From: Brevibacterium luteolum
Lineage (GTDB): Bacteria; Actinomycetota; Actinomycetes; Actinomycetales; Brevibacteriaceae
Assembly (NCBI RefSeq): GCF_013004595.1
Contig: NZ_JABEMC010000002.1
Span: 1-64,000, forward strand
Direction of reading: 5' to 3'
DNA: 64,000 nucleotides
Shown: positions 1 to 8,942 of the stretch, piece by piece
Position numbering within the stretch: position 1 is the first letter of the stretch
How the letters are laid out: each line of letters opens with the position of its first letter
Position numbers and translations under genes: made by a program
Notes under the pieces: model-generated
Database searches by the model: none
The model's input: only the letters and a program-made list of their open reading frames with translations
Told to the model about the DNA's origin: nothing

Positions 1-446
1 GCTATGCCATCGATTCGCGCATGAAATCGCGGCTGGCTGTAGAAGCAATTGACGATGCTGTGGCCCGTCGCGGCGGGCCCAGCGTTGTGGCCGGTTGCCT
101 CGTACACAGCGACCGCGGGTCGCAATTTCGCTCTCGCAGATTCCAGCATGCTCTACGAAACCATGGGCTCGTCGGATCGATGGGTCGGGTTGGCGCTGCT
201 GGCGATAACGCTGCGATGGAATCGTTCTTCGCTGTATTGCAGAAAAACGTCCTCGACCGGGGCCGTTGGGACACGCGAGCTAGGTTGCGGACAGCGATCG
301 TTCACTGGGTCGAGCGGACCTATCACCGCAAGCGTCGGCAACGGCGTTTGGGTAAACTGACCCCGGTTGAATACGAGCTTGTTCATCACAAGGCCGTCGC
401 TCTGGCGGCGTAAACCCCGGAGTCAACCAAACCTTCAGCAGTCCCA
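1..446 (+). mobile_element. IS3-family insertion sequence A, right part (continues left of the window)
   Basis: Transposase C-terminus stops at 413, then a short terminal segment ending ...CAGCAGTCCCA at about 446, where the sequence switches abruptly into a different transposase. Confidence 0.8.
21..413 (+). CDS. IS3-family transposase OrfB, C-terminal integrase core (5' partial)
   Basis: HSDRGSQF, DNAAMESFF and YHRKRRQRRLGKLTPVEYE motifs. Confidence 0.93.
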   Translation: MKSRLAVEAIDDAVARRGGPSVVAGCLVHSDRGSQFRSRRFQHALRNHGLVGSMGRVGAAGDNAAMESFFAVLQKNVLDRGRWDTRARLRTAIVHWVERTYHRKRRQRRLGKLTPVEYELVHHKAVALAA

Positions 447-1067
447 TGGCAACGTATTGCGATCCACGATCGGAGTGATGGACTAGTTCAGCAATGCCTG
501 TGGTCGCGGTGTTCAGCGCGTGCTCTAGCGCTTCTAAGGACAGCGCGTGCGTCGTCATCGATGATCTGGTCGCCCAGCCGGCGATGCGGCGGGAGTACGC
601 ATCGATGACGAACGCGGTGTACACGAAGCCATACGATGTGCGCACATACGTGATGTCAGCGACCCACAGCCGGTTCGGGGCCGGTGCTTTGAAGTCTCGC
701 ATCACCAGATCCGGGCGCTCATCCGGTGTGCGCCCGGGTACCGTGGTGCGCGGTTTCCGGCCGCGAACCACGCCGCTGATTCCGGCCTGACGCATCAGCC
801 GTGCGACCTGGTCACGGCCGATCTTCCAGCCGCTTCGGCGCATCGCGTGCCACATTTTGCGAACGCCGTAGACCCCGTAGTTGCGGGCATGCAGGTCCTT
901 GATCACCACGGTCAGTTCCCGATCACGGATCTGGCGTTCGCAGGCCGGGCGGGTCTTCGCTGCCCGATAACCACGCGACGTTATGAATCCACCCTCGCGT
1001 GCTGCAAGTGTGCGGCAGATGAGCTCGACTCCGAACTGATCACGGTACATATCGATGTAGCGATCAT
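447..1067 (-). pseudogene. IS3 transposase OrfB, interrupted and frameshifted
   Basis: YGVYGVRKMW, WVADITYV and HHSDRGSQY motifs; ends just after HHSDRGSQYVA; the ATG overlapping the orfA stop is 1 nt out of frame with the coding body. Confidence 0.88.
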
Positions 1068-1381
1068 TTCGGTAAGCGGCGGCCTGGCTCGGCTGCAAAA
1101 AACGCGGAGGCAGTTTTGAGGATCTCGTTCGCCCGTCGCAGCTCACGATTCTCACGCCGTAACCGGCGCAGCTCTTCAAGCTCATCTGTAGTCGCGCCCG
1201 GCTCAGTGCCGGCATCACGTCTGGCCTGCTTCAACCACCCGCGCATCGTATGCGGTGAGATCCCAAGTTTCGTTCCCACCGCCTGGGCGGCCGACCACTG
1301 CGAGCACTGCGTGTGGTGAAGATGATCCTCCATCAAACGCAACGCCCGTTGCTTGAACTCCTGGGTATAGACAGTTGGCAT
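1064..1381 (-). CDS. IS3 transposase OrfA (HTH plus leucine zipper)
   Basis: MPTVYTQEFKQRAL...EELRRLRRENRELRRANEILKTASAFFAAE; GAAGGAG RBS. Confidence 0.92.
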   Translation of the reverse strand: MPTVYTQEFKQRALRLMEDHLHHTQCSQWSAAQAVGTKLGISPHTMRGWLKQARRDAGTEPGATTDELEELRRLRRENRELRRANEILKTASAFFAAEPGRRLPK

Positions 1382-1432
1382 GATCCAATTCTCCTTCAAT
1401 CAGTAGAACGGAACGAAACCCAGGACGCTTCA

Positions 1433-1672
1433 CCCGAACGAGGGAGCCGTCAACGTCAGCAGCACAAACGTGCTCCGGCCCGGCTTCGACTCCCGCACAC
1501 CATCGGCCAAAATCGCCTGCCAGTCCCGCCGATAGACCCTCGCGCACTTCGGGCACGTCAGGAACGACCGCGAACCGCAATTGACCACTTCACCCGTGGG
1601 CGTCACGACCTTCTTGGCACACTGCCGCCGGGCCACCTCACGGGCAAGAGCAACCTTGTCTGAGACCTCCAT
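1433..1672 (-). pseudogene. repSA: RepSA-type replication initiator, N-terminal fragment interrupted by IS B
   Basis: CGSR...CPKCARVYRRDW...G...LLTLTAPSFG matches the N-terminal Cys cluster and TLTAPSFG motif of pSAM2-type initiators; the frame ends exactly at the IS end. Confidence 0.8.
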
Positions 1673-1826
1673 CACTGACCCACCCCAAGCACCCAGACGG
1701 GCCGGGCTGTGACCTGCACTTTTACTGCTCTGCCGCTGCACTGCGTTACGGCAGTTCGATGCTCTCGCACACAGTGAATTGCTCTTGTTTGGTGCCGTGC
1801 TAACGTATTCATCGACGCAAAGGCAC

Positions 1827-1871
1827 CGACTGAAAATCGAAAGGTCACCGGATCGACGCCGGTCGGAGCCA
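1827..1871 (+). repeat. 3' half of tRNA-Phe(GAA), att-site duplication (not a full tRNA)
   Basis: CGA-CTGAAAA-TCG anticodon arm, ACCGG-ATCGACG-CCGGT T arm and CGGAGCCA acceptor 3' strand; no D arm or 5' acceptor strand upstream. Confidence 0.85.
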
Positions 1872-1877
1872 CAGCTT

Positions 1878-1908
1878 GAAGGCCCTCGCATGTCATGCGG
1901 GGGCCTTC
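1878..1908 (+). terminator. Stem-loop after the tRNA-Phe 3' end
   Basis: GAAGGCCCTCGCAT-GTC-ATGCGGGGGCCTTC inverted repeat. Confidence 0.75.
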
Positions 1909-2141
1909 GTGCATCCCCTGCGCTGCCCGTCCGACTGTGCGCCCAGAAATCACCGAAAACCCAGGTCCGCGGAAAGGTGAGGAGCAGAATACGTGGAGGC
2001 CGGCTCAGCAGGACCAACTGTGCTTCCACGGTGGAAACCTGCATCAGCCCCGGCACTACTCGCTGTACGTAGGGCTGCAGTTCAAGGCCTGTTACGATGG
2101 CACCGAGACGCCCGCCTATCGGCTGCAGGAGGTGCACCGCC

Positions 2142-2378
2142 GTGACTAGGCCATCAGCGAAGGATCGCCGCCTCACCGTCGATGGCGAGCAGTTCCGCAT
2201 CCGGCAGACAGGTCGCACAGAGTACTACTACGACTGGCTCACCGGACCCAACCCGGACTACGGCTTCGCAGGCGGCACCTACCCGCCCAGCAAGCTGACC
2301 GACGACGACCACATCGAGGCGATCCGTGATTTCCTCGCTGACATCGACCCGGAGACCGGTTATCTCTCAGAGGGTTGA
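2142..2378 (+). CDS. Small acidic hypothetical protein
   Basis: AGGAGG RBS then GTG; protein-like YDWLTGPNPDYGF...IRDFLADIDPETGYL. Confidence 0.7.
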   Translation: MTRPSAKDRRLTVDGEQFRIRQTGRTEYYYDWLTGPNPDYGFAGGTYPPSKLTDDDHIEAIRDFLADIDPETGYLSEG

Positions 2379-3641
2379 GGCCCCGGCCACCACGGACGGA
2401 TCCGTGACGATCCGGCGCAGCACCTCGGTGAGGTGGTCGACACCGGCGAGCAGATCCTCGTCCTTGGTGAACTCGTTGAGATTGTGCGAGATCCCCTCGA
2501 CGCTCGGCACGAACAGCATCACTGTCGGCACGAGGTCCTTCATGTTCGTCGAATCGTGACCGGCGACGGTGAGCACCTCGCCATGGGTCAGCCCCAGCGC
2601 CTCGGCGACGGACCGTGCGAGTTCGGTGCCTTCCGGCTGGTAGGGGTTCTGGTCCCAGGCGTGCTCGTGGACGATGTCGATCTCGACACCGACGCTCTCC
2701 TCCACCTCGACCATGGTCGCCTGCAGCTTCTTCGCCGCACTGTCGATGACCTCCATGCTCGGTGAGCGCAGGTCGAGGAGGATGCGGGCCTCGCTGGCGA
2801 CAACGACCGGGGAGTTCGGGTAGACGGTGATCTCGCCGACGGCAGTATGCAGCGCACCCTCGTCGTAGTCGTCGACGAGTTCGCGGGCGGCGACAATGAG
2901 CTTGGCCGCCCCGAGCAGCGCGTCGCGCCGGTCGGCCATGAGCGCCGAGCCGGAATGCGCCTGCTCGCCGCGGATGCGCAGCTCGTACTTATGCGCAGCC
3001 CACGTGGCCGAGACAAGGCCGATCGTCACGCCGTCCTCGTCCATGCTGCGGCCCTGTTCGACATGGATCTCTGCATAGGCGGCCAGGTCGAGGTCAACTG
3101 GCCCATCGCCGCGCTCACCGATTGCTTCGAGGGCCTCGCGGACAGTCACGCCCTGTTTGTCGCGAGTCTCAAGCGCCTCGTCAAGCCCAAGCTTGCCGGT
3201 GAACACGCCTGAGCCCATCATCGAGGGCTTGAACCGACTGCCCTCCTCGTTGAACCAGTTGACAACGGCGATATTGCAGGCCGCCTGCCCGGGATTGGCA
3301 GCGAAGTGCTCGCCGAGCCGGAACGCCGCATGCGCTGAGGCCATAACGCCGTAGGCCCCGTCGAAGCGGCCGGCGGTCGGCTGGGAATCCAGGTGCGAGC
3401 CGGTGAGCACATAGGGCGCACCCGGAACGAGTTCGAGCAGCCCGAACTGGTTGCCGATCTCATCGCGGGTGACTTTCATGCCGTGACGCTGCATGAGTTC
3501 TGCGAACCAGCGGCGCTGCTGGCCATCGGGTTCGGTGGCCGCCTGCCGGTCGACCCCGTGGGTGCCGGGCACCGCACCGAAGGTGGTGTGGACGTTCCAG
3601 TCGGCGAGGAAGGCGTTGTCGCGCGTGGTGTCCTGACTCAT
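2367..3641 (-). CDS. M20-family Zn amidohydrolase (allantoate / N-carbamoyl-amino acid hydrolase-like)
   Basis: GSHLDSQPTAGRFDG, NEEGSRF, EIHVEQG, AGHD and GISH motifs. Confidence 0.93.
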   Translation of the reverse strand: MSQDTTRDNAFLADWNVHTTFGAVPGTHGVDRQAATEPDGQQRRWFAELMQRHGMKVTRDEIGNQFGLLELVPGAPYVLTGSHLDSQPTAGRFDGAYGVMASAHAAFRLGEHFAANPGQAACNIAVVNWFNEEGSRFKPSMMGSGVFTGKLGLDEALETRDKQGVTVREALEAIGERGDGPVDLDLAAYAEIHVEQGRSMDEDGVTIGLVSATWAAHKYELRIRGEQAHSGSALMADRRDALLGAAKLIVAARELVDDYDEGALHTAVGEITVYPNSPVVVASEARILLDLRSPSMEVIDSAAKKLQATMVEVEESVGVEIDIVHEHAWDQNPYQPEGTELARSVAEALGLTHGEVLTVAGHDSTNMKDLVPTVMLFVPSVEGISHNLNEFTKDEDLLAGVDHLTEVLRRIVTDPSVVAGASTL

Positions 3642-3863
3642 ATGTGGTCTCCGTTCTGCTGTGCGGCGTTCTCGTCCGTTCCCGAGGTGCGGTTCGCCTT
3701 CGGCATCTGGCCGCAGGGGCCCGCAGGGGCGGGCCGGGGATGACGCAGCCCTGAGCGCGAAGCCCAGGCGGGCCAGGCGGCTGCGGGATGGCCGCTGCGG
3801 ATGTGCCGCTCCTCGTGCTCCACGATAGTCGCGAAAGCCCCGCTGCCGTCACCGAGTCCGCAG

Positions 3864-3909
3864 CCTCGCCTGCCGAGCGCGCGGCTGTGGCACGCTTTCG
3901 GCAGGCGAG
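3864..3909. terminator. Hairpin downstream of the TetR gene
   Basis: CTCGCCTGCCGA...TCGGCAGGCGAG inverted repeat. Confidence 0.55.
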
Positions 3910-3921
3910 CGTCAGCTACGC

Positions 3922-4467
3922 TCAGTCAGCGACGCCCGAAGAAAACGCCTCGGCGAGCTCCTCCCACGCGGCCTCGACATCACTGCCAGGCGGCAGCCGC
4001 CCGTCGAGTTCGAGGATCGTGAGCCCGTGGGTGGCCGCCCACAGTGCCTGCGCAATCACCGGATCGCCGATGACGGTGAAGAACGGCTGACCCGACCACT
4101 CCTCCAAGCCGCCTGGCAGCGCGGCCCGGTCAAGCGGCCCGGTCGTCGCCAGCCGGTAGAGCTCCGGCGACTCAGCCGCGGTGGCGCGGTAGGCCCGCAG
4201 CAGCGCGGGGACCGAGGCATCGGCCTCGATCGCATGCCAGCATGCCTGCCCCATCTGGGCGAAGGCGTCGATGAGCAGCTGGGTGCGCACCGCGTCCTTG
4301 CTCGGCAGATGCTTGTACAGTGACGGCGCCCGGATCCCGAGCTCGGCTGCCAGCGTACGCATGCTCAGCGCATCCCAGCCTTCGGCTTCGACGCGGCGTC
4401 GCGCAGCGGCGAGGATCTCGGCTTGGCGCCGGCTGCGCGCCGGCAGTGCGATCGGCATCTCAGTCAT
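3922..4467 (-). CDS. TetR/AcrR-family regulator
   Basis: HTH LSMRTLAAELGIRAPSLYKH; C-terminal WAATHG; start overlaps upstream stop. Confidence 0.92.
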   Translation of the reverse strand: MTEMPIALPARSRRQAEILAAARRRVEAEGWDALSMRTLAAELGIRAPSLYKHLPSKDAVRTQLLIDAFAQMGQACWHAIEADASVPALLRAYRATAAESPELYRLATTGPLDRAALPGGLEEWSGQPFFTVIGDPVIAQALWAATHGLTILELDGRLPPGSDVEAAWEELAEAFSSGVAD

Positions 4468-4993
4468 GGGCACCAGTCTGCCGCAGGCCGACAGCGCGCT
4501 GTCCGATCGCCGCGTTGACCTCGGCGAAGTCGGCTTCGAGGTCAGCGCGCATCGATGCCATGAACGACGCGACGACACCGGTGAAGGTCTCCTGCTGGGT
4601 CAGGCGGGTGCCGCCGCCGGGCAGCGCTTCGAGCCGGAACGAGTGCTCAGCATCGACCAACCCCGGCACCCACGTCCGCCCGGCCCAGGTGAGCTCGCGG
4701 CCGGGTTCGGCGGTCAGGATCGTAGGCGTGAAGGTCATCGTGCCTTCACCGAAGACGACGACTTTGCGCAGCTTCTCACCGACAGCGACGGTACCGGAGC
4801 TTTCGATGATCGAGGGATTCCATTCGCTGTAGCGCTTGGTGTCGGCTAGCACTGCCCACACCTCGTCGGGTGAGGCATCGAGCTCGGTGACAGCGACGAC
4901 CATGACCGGGTTGAGGCGGCTGTAGGCGAAGAGGCCTGCGGCCAGGATGACGGGGATGGAAAGCCAGACGGCGATGGTGCGAGCGACGGTCAT
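4460..4993 (-). CDS. SRPBCC (polyketide cyclase/START-like) protein with N-terminal membrane anchor
   Basis: ASPDEVWAVLAD...YSEWNP; EPGRELTW; GGTRLTQQETF. Confidence 0.88.
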   Translation of the reverse strand: MTVARTIAVWLSIPVILAAGLFAYSRLNPVMVVAVTELDASPDEVWAVLADTKRYSEWNPSIIESSGTVAVGEKLRKVVVFGEGTMTFTPTILTAEPGRELTWAGRTWVPGLVDAEHSFRLEALPGGGTRLTQQETFTGVVASFMASMRADLEADFAEVNAAIGQRAVGLRQTGAHD

Positions 4994-5035
4994 GACGAGG
5001 ACTCCGATCAGTGAGGTGAACCGTCAGCCACCAGT

Positions 5036-5052
5036 GGCTAACACCGTTAGCC
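5036..5052. promoter_or_regulatory. Putative TetR operator
   Basis: Perfect dyad GGCTAAC-ACC-GTTAGCC about 40 bp upstream of the SRPBCC-tetR operon. Confidence 0.65.
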
Positions 5053-5562
5053 TACCGGTTGGCGCGGCTCCTCCGCAATGCCTTTCCGCTCGCCCTTCGG
5101 CTCACCGCTCCCGAGGCGGGCCCTGAGAACGGCGAACCACGCACCTGCAATGAGCACAAGCACCGCAGCGAAGGCTGTGAGCGCAACCGGGCTGGTTACT
5201 GCTGTCGTCCACATGAGGCGGGTGGGCACAAAGGCGGCGAAGCCGAAGGCGATGAGGGTGCCGATGTAGGAGCCGACCATATTGGCGATGTGCCCGGGCT
5301 TATTGCCGCGCGCGATCATCCAGACTCCGAGAGTGACGCTGACGGTGGTGAGTACCGAGAGGCCGTGGAGGAAGGTGAGGCCATCATCGAGGCCGAAGAA
5401 GAAACTGGAGGCACACGTGAGGTACATGAGCCCCACCCAGGTGCGCCCGAGCACCCGGTGCACGGCGTCGCGGCGGGGCCGGAAGATGTTGACAGGTCCG
5501 ATGATGAGGACGAGGAACGCAGCACTGGCGTGAATGACAACGGCGAGCGGGATGGTCTCCAT
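5047..5562 (-). CDS. DUF2306-like membrane protein
   Basis: HRVLGRTWVGLM, HGLS and HIANM motifs; several TM segments. Confidence 0.8.
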   Translation of the reverse strand: METIPLAVVIHASAAFLVLIIGPVNIFRPRRDAVHRVLGRTWVGLMYLTCASSFFFGLDDGLTFLHGLSVLTTVSVTLGVWMIARGNKPGHIANMVGSYIGTLIAFGFAAFVPTRLMWTTAVTSPVALTAFAAVLVLIAGAWFAVLRARLGSGEPKGERKGIAEEPRQPVG

Positions 5563-5571
5563 ACTCGGTAA

Positions 5572-5586
5572 GATAGTGACGCTGTC
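5572..5586. promoter_or_regulatory. Possible MerR operator in the DUF2306 promoter
   Basis: Imperfect dyad GATAG-N5-CTGTC within a TTGCAC-N18-TATCTT promoter on the minus strand. Confidence 0.4.
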
Positions 5587-5648
5587 CAAGCAAGTGCAAC
5601 GTGGATAGCCACGCCCCGATTCAGTATCCGACCGTTCAGGAGAGCTAA

Positions 5649-6293
5649 GTGAAGCTCAGCGCGCTGGCAGAGGCCACCGGCATCTCGACCGCCTCGATCA
5701 AGTACTACCTGCGCACAGGCCTCCTGCAGCCTGGAGTCAAGCGGAATCAGACGACCGCGGTCTATCACGACACCCACGTCGAGCGTCTGGAGCTCATCGC
5801 CGCCCTCCGGCAGCTCGTCGGCCTGTCGATCGAGCAGATCAGCACCCTCACCGCCGTCATCGACGACCCGCAGGCGAGCATGCTCGATGTCATGCAGACC
5901 GCCCAGCTGCTCGGCGGCGGGCTCCCGCCGCTCACCGCCGAGCCTCCGGCTGCCCAGGATGCGCGCATGGCCGCCGCCGAGGCGCGGGTCGCCGCGGTGA
6001 TGGAAGCCCAGGGCTGGCCGGACGCACCGAGTGCCGCCCGGGCAGCGGCCGCCTCGGTGGTGGCAGAGATGACGGGACTGGGACTGGAGGTCACCGATAA
6101 GTACCTGCAGCTCATCGGGGCGGCTGTCGACATGATCTCCGGTTCCGACCTCGACATCTCCGGGTCGCGGGACCGGATGGCGATGTATGTCGCCGTCGGC
6201 ACCCACCGGTACTCACGCCTCGTGCTCGCGCTCCTGCAGCTGGGCCAGACCTCGCACAGCATCGCCCGGGCCGGTGAGCACACACACCGGTGA
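5649..6293 (+). CDS. MerR-family regulator
   Basis: MKLSALAEATGISTASIKYYLRTGLL HTH; AGGAG RBS. Confidence 0.92.
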   Translation: MKLSALAEATGISTASIKYYLRTGLLQPGVKRNQTTAVYHDTHVERLELIAALRQLVGLSIEQISTLTAVIDDPQASMLDVMQTAQLLGGGLPPLTAEPPAAQDARMAAAEARVAAVMEAQGWPDAPSAARAAAASVVAEMTGLGLEVTDKYLQLIGAAVDMISGSDLDISGSRDRMAMYVAVGTHRYSRLVLALLQLGQTSHSIARAGEHTHR

Positions 6294-6484
6294 CACAGAA
6301 TTCATGTGCTCGCGAACGGACTGTCGCCGCAGATCAGTGTCGTTCCGGCAGCGACGCACCAGAGAAGTCCCCGCAGTGACTTCTCAGCGAATGCCACACG
6401 AGCACCGCGATCGGCGGTTTCAAGTGAATAGACCGCAAACGACAGGAGACCTGCGGCTGAGAGACCACCCCCGCGAGCCGTGTC

Positions 6485-7303
6485 TCAGCTGCTGCGGGCG
6501 TAGAGGCCGATCATCTCCCACTGGCGGGTGTAGCGGTTGAAAGCGCGGATCGCGCCCTCTGTGTCGTCGGTGTCGAGGCAGTCGATCCAGTCGGTGACGT
6601 GCGCAGCGCCGGTGTCCGGCCACAGCACCTCGCTCATACCACCGAGGTCGAGTTCGAGCATCGCGTTCATATCGAAGTCATCGAGCCAGTCGCCGAATGC
6701 CTCAGTCGATTCGACAACGGTGCGCAGCCGGGACTTCTCGTCCATCACGTCATGAGCCCACTCGACGCGGGCGGCAGCGGTGACAATCGGGGTGCGGATG
6801 CGGATCCGGAAGCTGCCGTCGTCGGTGTCGGTGCTGATGACGCGATCGTTGTCCGGATCGATCGCCAGCCACCACACCGGTGAGACGTCCCACGCCGAGG
6901 TGCGGGTGAACACGCGGGTGTCCGGGTCGTCCTGCATCCATTCGACCCGGTGGCTGGCTGCCCGGCGGCGGGCGGCCTTGGGCACGAACATGTCGAGCTC
7001 AGTGCGCGGATGGGCCTCCATGAGCGCATCGAGGGCGTGCCAGGAGCGGATGTCGTCCTGGACGGGGCAGACGCGGTCGAAGCTGTCGCCGGTCTCCGCG
7101 CCGGTGAGGAACAGCGGGGTGCCGCGGTAGGAGTCCGCGACAGGGTCCGGGGGCAGGCTGATGAGCCGGTCGTCGGCGTCCTCGGCGACGAGCCGCTCGA
7201 TGGTCTCCCGGTTCGCACTGACGGGGTAGTCGGCGAACTCCTCGTGCACGACCAGCGGCTCGAACACCCGCAGGGAGATGACATAGCTGCGCTCGTAACC
7301 CAT
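6485..7303 (-). CDS. Hypothetical protein
   Basis: 272-aa ORF with host-like codon usage; LRVFEP and LELDLGG segments; TAGAGT -10 box 6 nt before ATG. Confidence 0.8.
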   Translation of the reverse strand: MGYERSYVISLRVFEPLVVHEEFADYPVSANRETIERLVAEDADDRLISLPPDPVADSYRGTPLFLTGAETGDSFDRVCPVQDDIRSWHALDALMEAHPRTELDMFVPKAARRRAASHRVEWMQDDPDTRVFTRTSAWDVSPVWWLAIDPDNDRVISTDTDDGSFRIRIRTPIVTAAARVEWAHDVMDEKSRLRTVVESTEAFGDWLDDFDMNAMLELDLGGMSEVLWPDTGAAHVTDWIDCLDTDDTEGAIRAFNRYTRQWEMIGLYARSS

Positions 7304-7536
7304 GTGCTCACTCTATCGTTCACACCCGGTTCGCCTCCGCCTCGGGCACGGGCTTTTCTGGACTCATTCGCCTTTTGCGCAGGACTGTCTCATAATGGTG
7401 TCCAGAATTCCCACGCTCGCCTGAGGCGACATGACACCTCTGTGGCGGCGGGGTAGGATTCGAAGCACAGACAACCGGAGAATCCCGGGGCCGACAGCCA
7501 GCAGCCCTGGGCCTGACCAGGAGGGGGTCGACGCCT

Positions 7537-7752
7537 GTGGGTCGCGGCCGCGCAAAGGCGAAGCAGATCAAGGTTGCCCGTAAGCTGAAGTACTACAGCC
7601 CGGAGACGGACCTGAGTGCTCTCCAGCGAGAGCTCGGGGGCGCGTCGACGTCTGATGACTCCGATGACTACGCGGACTACGATGATCCGGACTACTCCGA
7701 TTATGCCGATAAGTACGCTGACGATGAGGACAGCGACGACCGCTCCCACTGA
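7537..7752 (+). CDS. DUF3073 (Rv0810c-like) protein
   Basis: MGRGRAKAKQxKVARxLKY signature and acidic tail, convergent with purM. Confidence 0.93.
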   Translation: MGRGRAKAKQIKVARKLKYYSPETDLSALQRELGGASTSDDSDDYADYDDPDYSDYADKYADDEDSDDRSH

Positions 7753-7762
7753 GCGCTGATTG

Positions 7763-7794
7763 CGAAGGGCCCTGCCGATAGGCGGGGCCCTTCG
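7763..7794. terminator. Hairpin between convergent DUF3073 and purM genes
   Basis: CGAAGGGCCCTGCC-GATA-GGCGGGGCCCTTCG. Confidence 0.8.
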
Positions 7795-7838
7795 TCGTTC
7801 CCGAGGCGGTGGCTGCCGTTCCCGAGGCGGGGGCCGGC

Positions 7839-8942
7839 TCAGTCGAGCAGGATCGCCGCGCCCCCATCGACACCCTTGGCACCCTGCACGTAGTAGGGGT
7901 CAGAGGCATGGGTGCCGTCGTCGTCGCTGACCTCGCCGAGCAGCCAGGAGCCGGGCAGCGCGGCGAGCACCGCCTCGGCGGCGGCCGGGTCGGCGGCGAG
8001 CACCATACCGACACCGAGGTTCCAGGTGCGTTCGCGGTCGGCCTGCGGGACCTGGCCGAGGTCGCCGAGGACGTCGAAGACGGCCGGGATCTCCCAGCTG
8101 GACCGGTACATGCGCGCCAGCATGCCCGGCGGGATGACGCGGGCGACGTTGGCGGACAGACCGCCGCCGGTGACGTGCGACATCGCATGGACGGCGCCGG
8201 GCCGGGCATCGAGGATCGCTGCGAGGTCACCGGAGTACACGCGGGTGGGCGTGAGGATCTCCTCGCCGAGGGTGCAGGAGAACTCGGGCACCTCGCGGTC
8301 GAGGGCCCAGCCGGCGTCGGCGATGATGCGGCGGACGAGTGAGTAGCCGTTGGAGTGCAGGCCGGAGGCCGGCAGCCCGATGAGCACATCGCCGGGGTTG
8401 ACGCGTTCGGGCCCCAGCAGGTCATCGGCTTCCACAGCGCCGGTGGCAGCACCGGCGACATCGTATTCGTCGACGCCGAGCAGACCGGGGTGCTCGGCGG
8501 TCTCGCCGCCGACGAGTGCGACGCCTGCTGCCGAGCAGGCCTCGGCGATGCCGCGGACGATGTCAGCGATGCGTTCGGGCACGACCCTGCCGCAGGCGAT
8601 GTAGTCGGTCATGAACAGCGGGCGGGCACCGCAGACGATGATGTCGTCGACGACCATGCCGACGAGGTCGTAGCCGATGGTGTCATGGATGTCGAGGGCC
8701 TGGGCGATCGCGACCTTGGTGCCGACACCGTCGGTGGAGGTGGCGAGGTAGGGCCGGCGGTAGTCCTTGAGCCAGGTGGCGTCGAACAGGCCGGCGAAGC
8801 CGCCGAAGCCGCCGACGACCCGGTCGTTGTGGGTGGCGGCGACTGCGGACTTCATCAGCTCAACGGCCCGGTCACCGGCTTCGACGTCGACGCCGGCGGA
8901 GGCGTAGGTGGTGGCTTCGCGTCTTTGGTGGTCCTGAGTCAT
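7839..8942 (-). CDS. purM: Phosphoribosylformylglycinamidine cyclo-ligase (AIR synthetase)
   Basis: YASAGVD, TDGVGTK, GGETAEHPG, GLHSNGYSL, HVTGGG; TGATG overlap with purF. Confidence 0.97.
   Translation of the reverse strand: MTQDHQRREATTYASAGVDVEAGDRAVELMKSAVAATHNDRVVGGFGGFAGLFDATWLKDYRRPYLATSTDGVGTKVAIAQALDIHDTIGYDLVGMVVDDIIVCGARPLFMTDYIACGRVVPERIADIVRGIAEACSAAGVALVGGETAEHPGLLGVDEYDVAGAATGAVEADDLLGPERVNPGDVLIGLPASGLHSNGYSLVRRIIADAGWALDREVPEFSCTLGEEILTPTRVYSGDLAAILDARPGAVHAMSHVTGGGLSANVARVIPPGMLARMYRSSWEIPAVFDVLGDLGQVPQADRERTWNLGVGMVLAADPAAAEAVLAALPGSWLLGEVSDDDGTHASDPYYVQGAKGVDGGAAILLD

Larger units (their letters stand above)
447..1432 (-). mobile_element. IS3-family insertion sequence B, left part, interrupted by IS A
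   Basis: Left end TGAAGCGTCCTGGGTTTCG starts at 1432 on the minus strand, followed by orfA and orfB; cut at 447. Confidence 0.88.

Noticed and set aside
1827..1871. Functional tRNA-Phe gene
   Set aside because: Only the 3' half is present, so it is treated as an att duplication.
1673..2218. N-terminal extension of the 262-aa ORF containing the repSA fragment
   Set aside because: It runs antisense across the tRNA att site and terminator; only the last 80 codons look like RepSA.
3638..3823. 61-aa upstream ORF or structured leader before the M20 hydrolase
   Set aside because: No RBS, start overlaps a -10-like box, composition looks non-coding and no known RNA motif was recognised.
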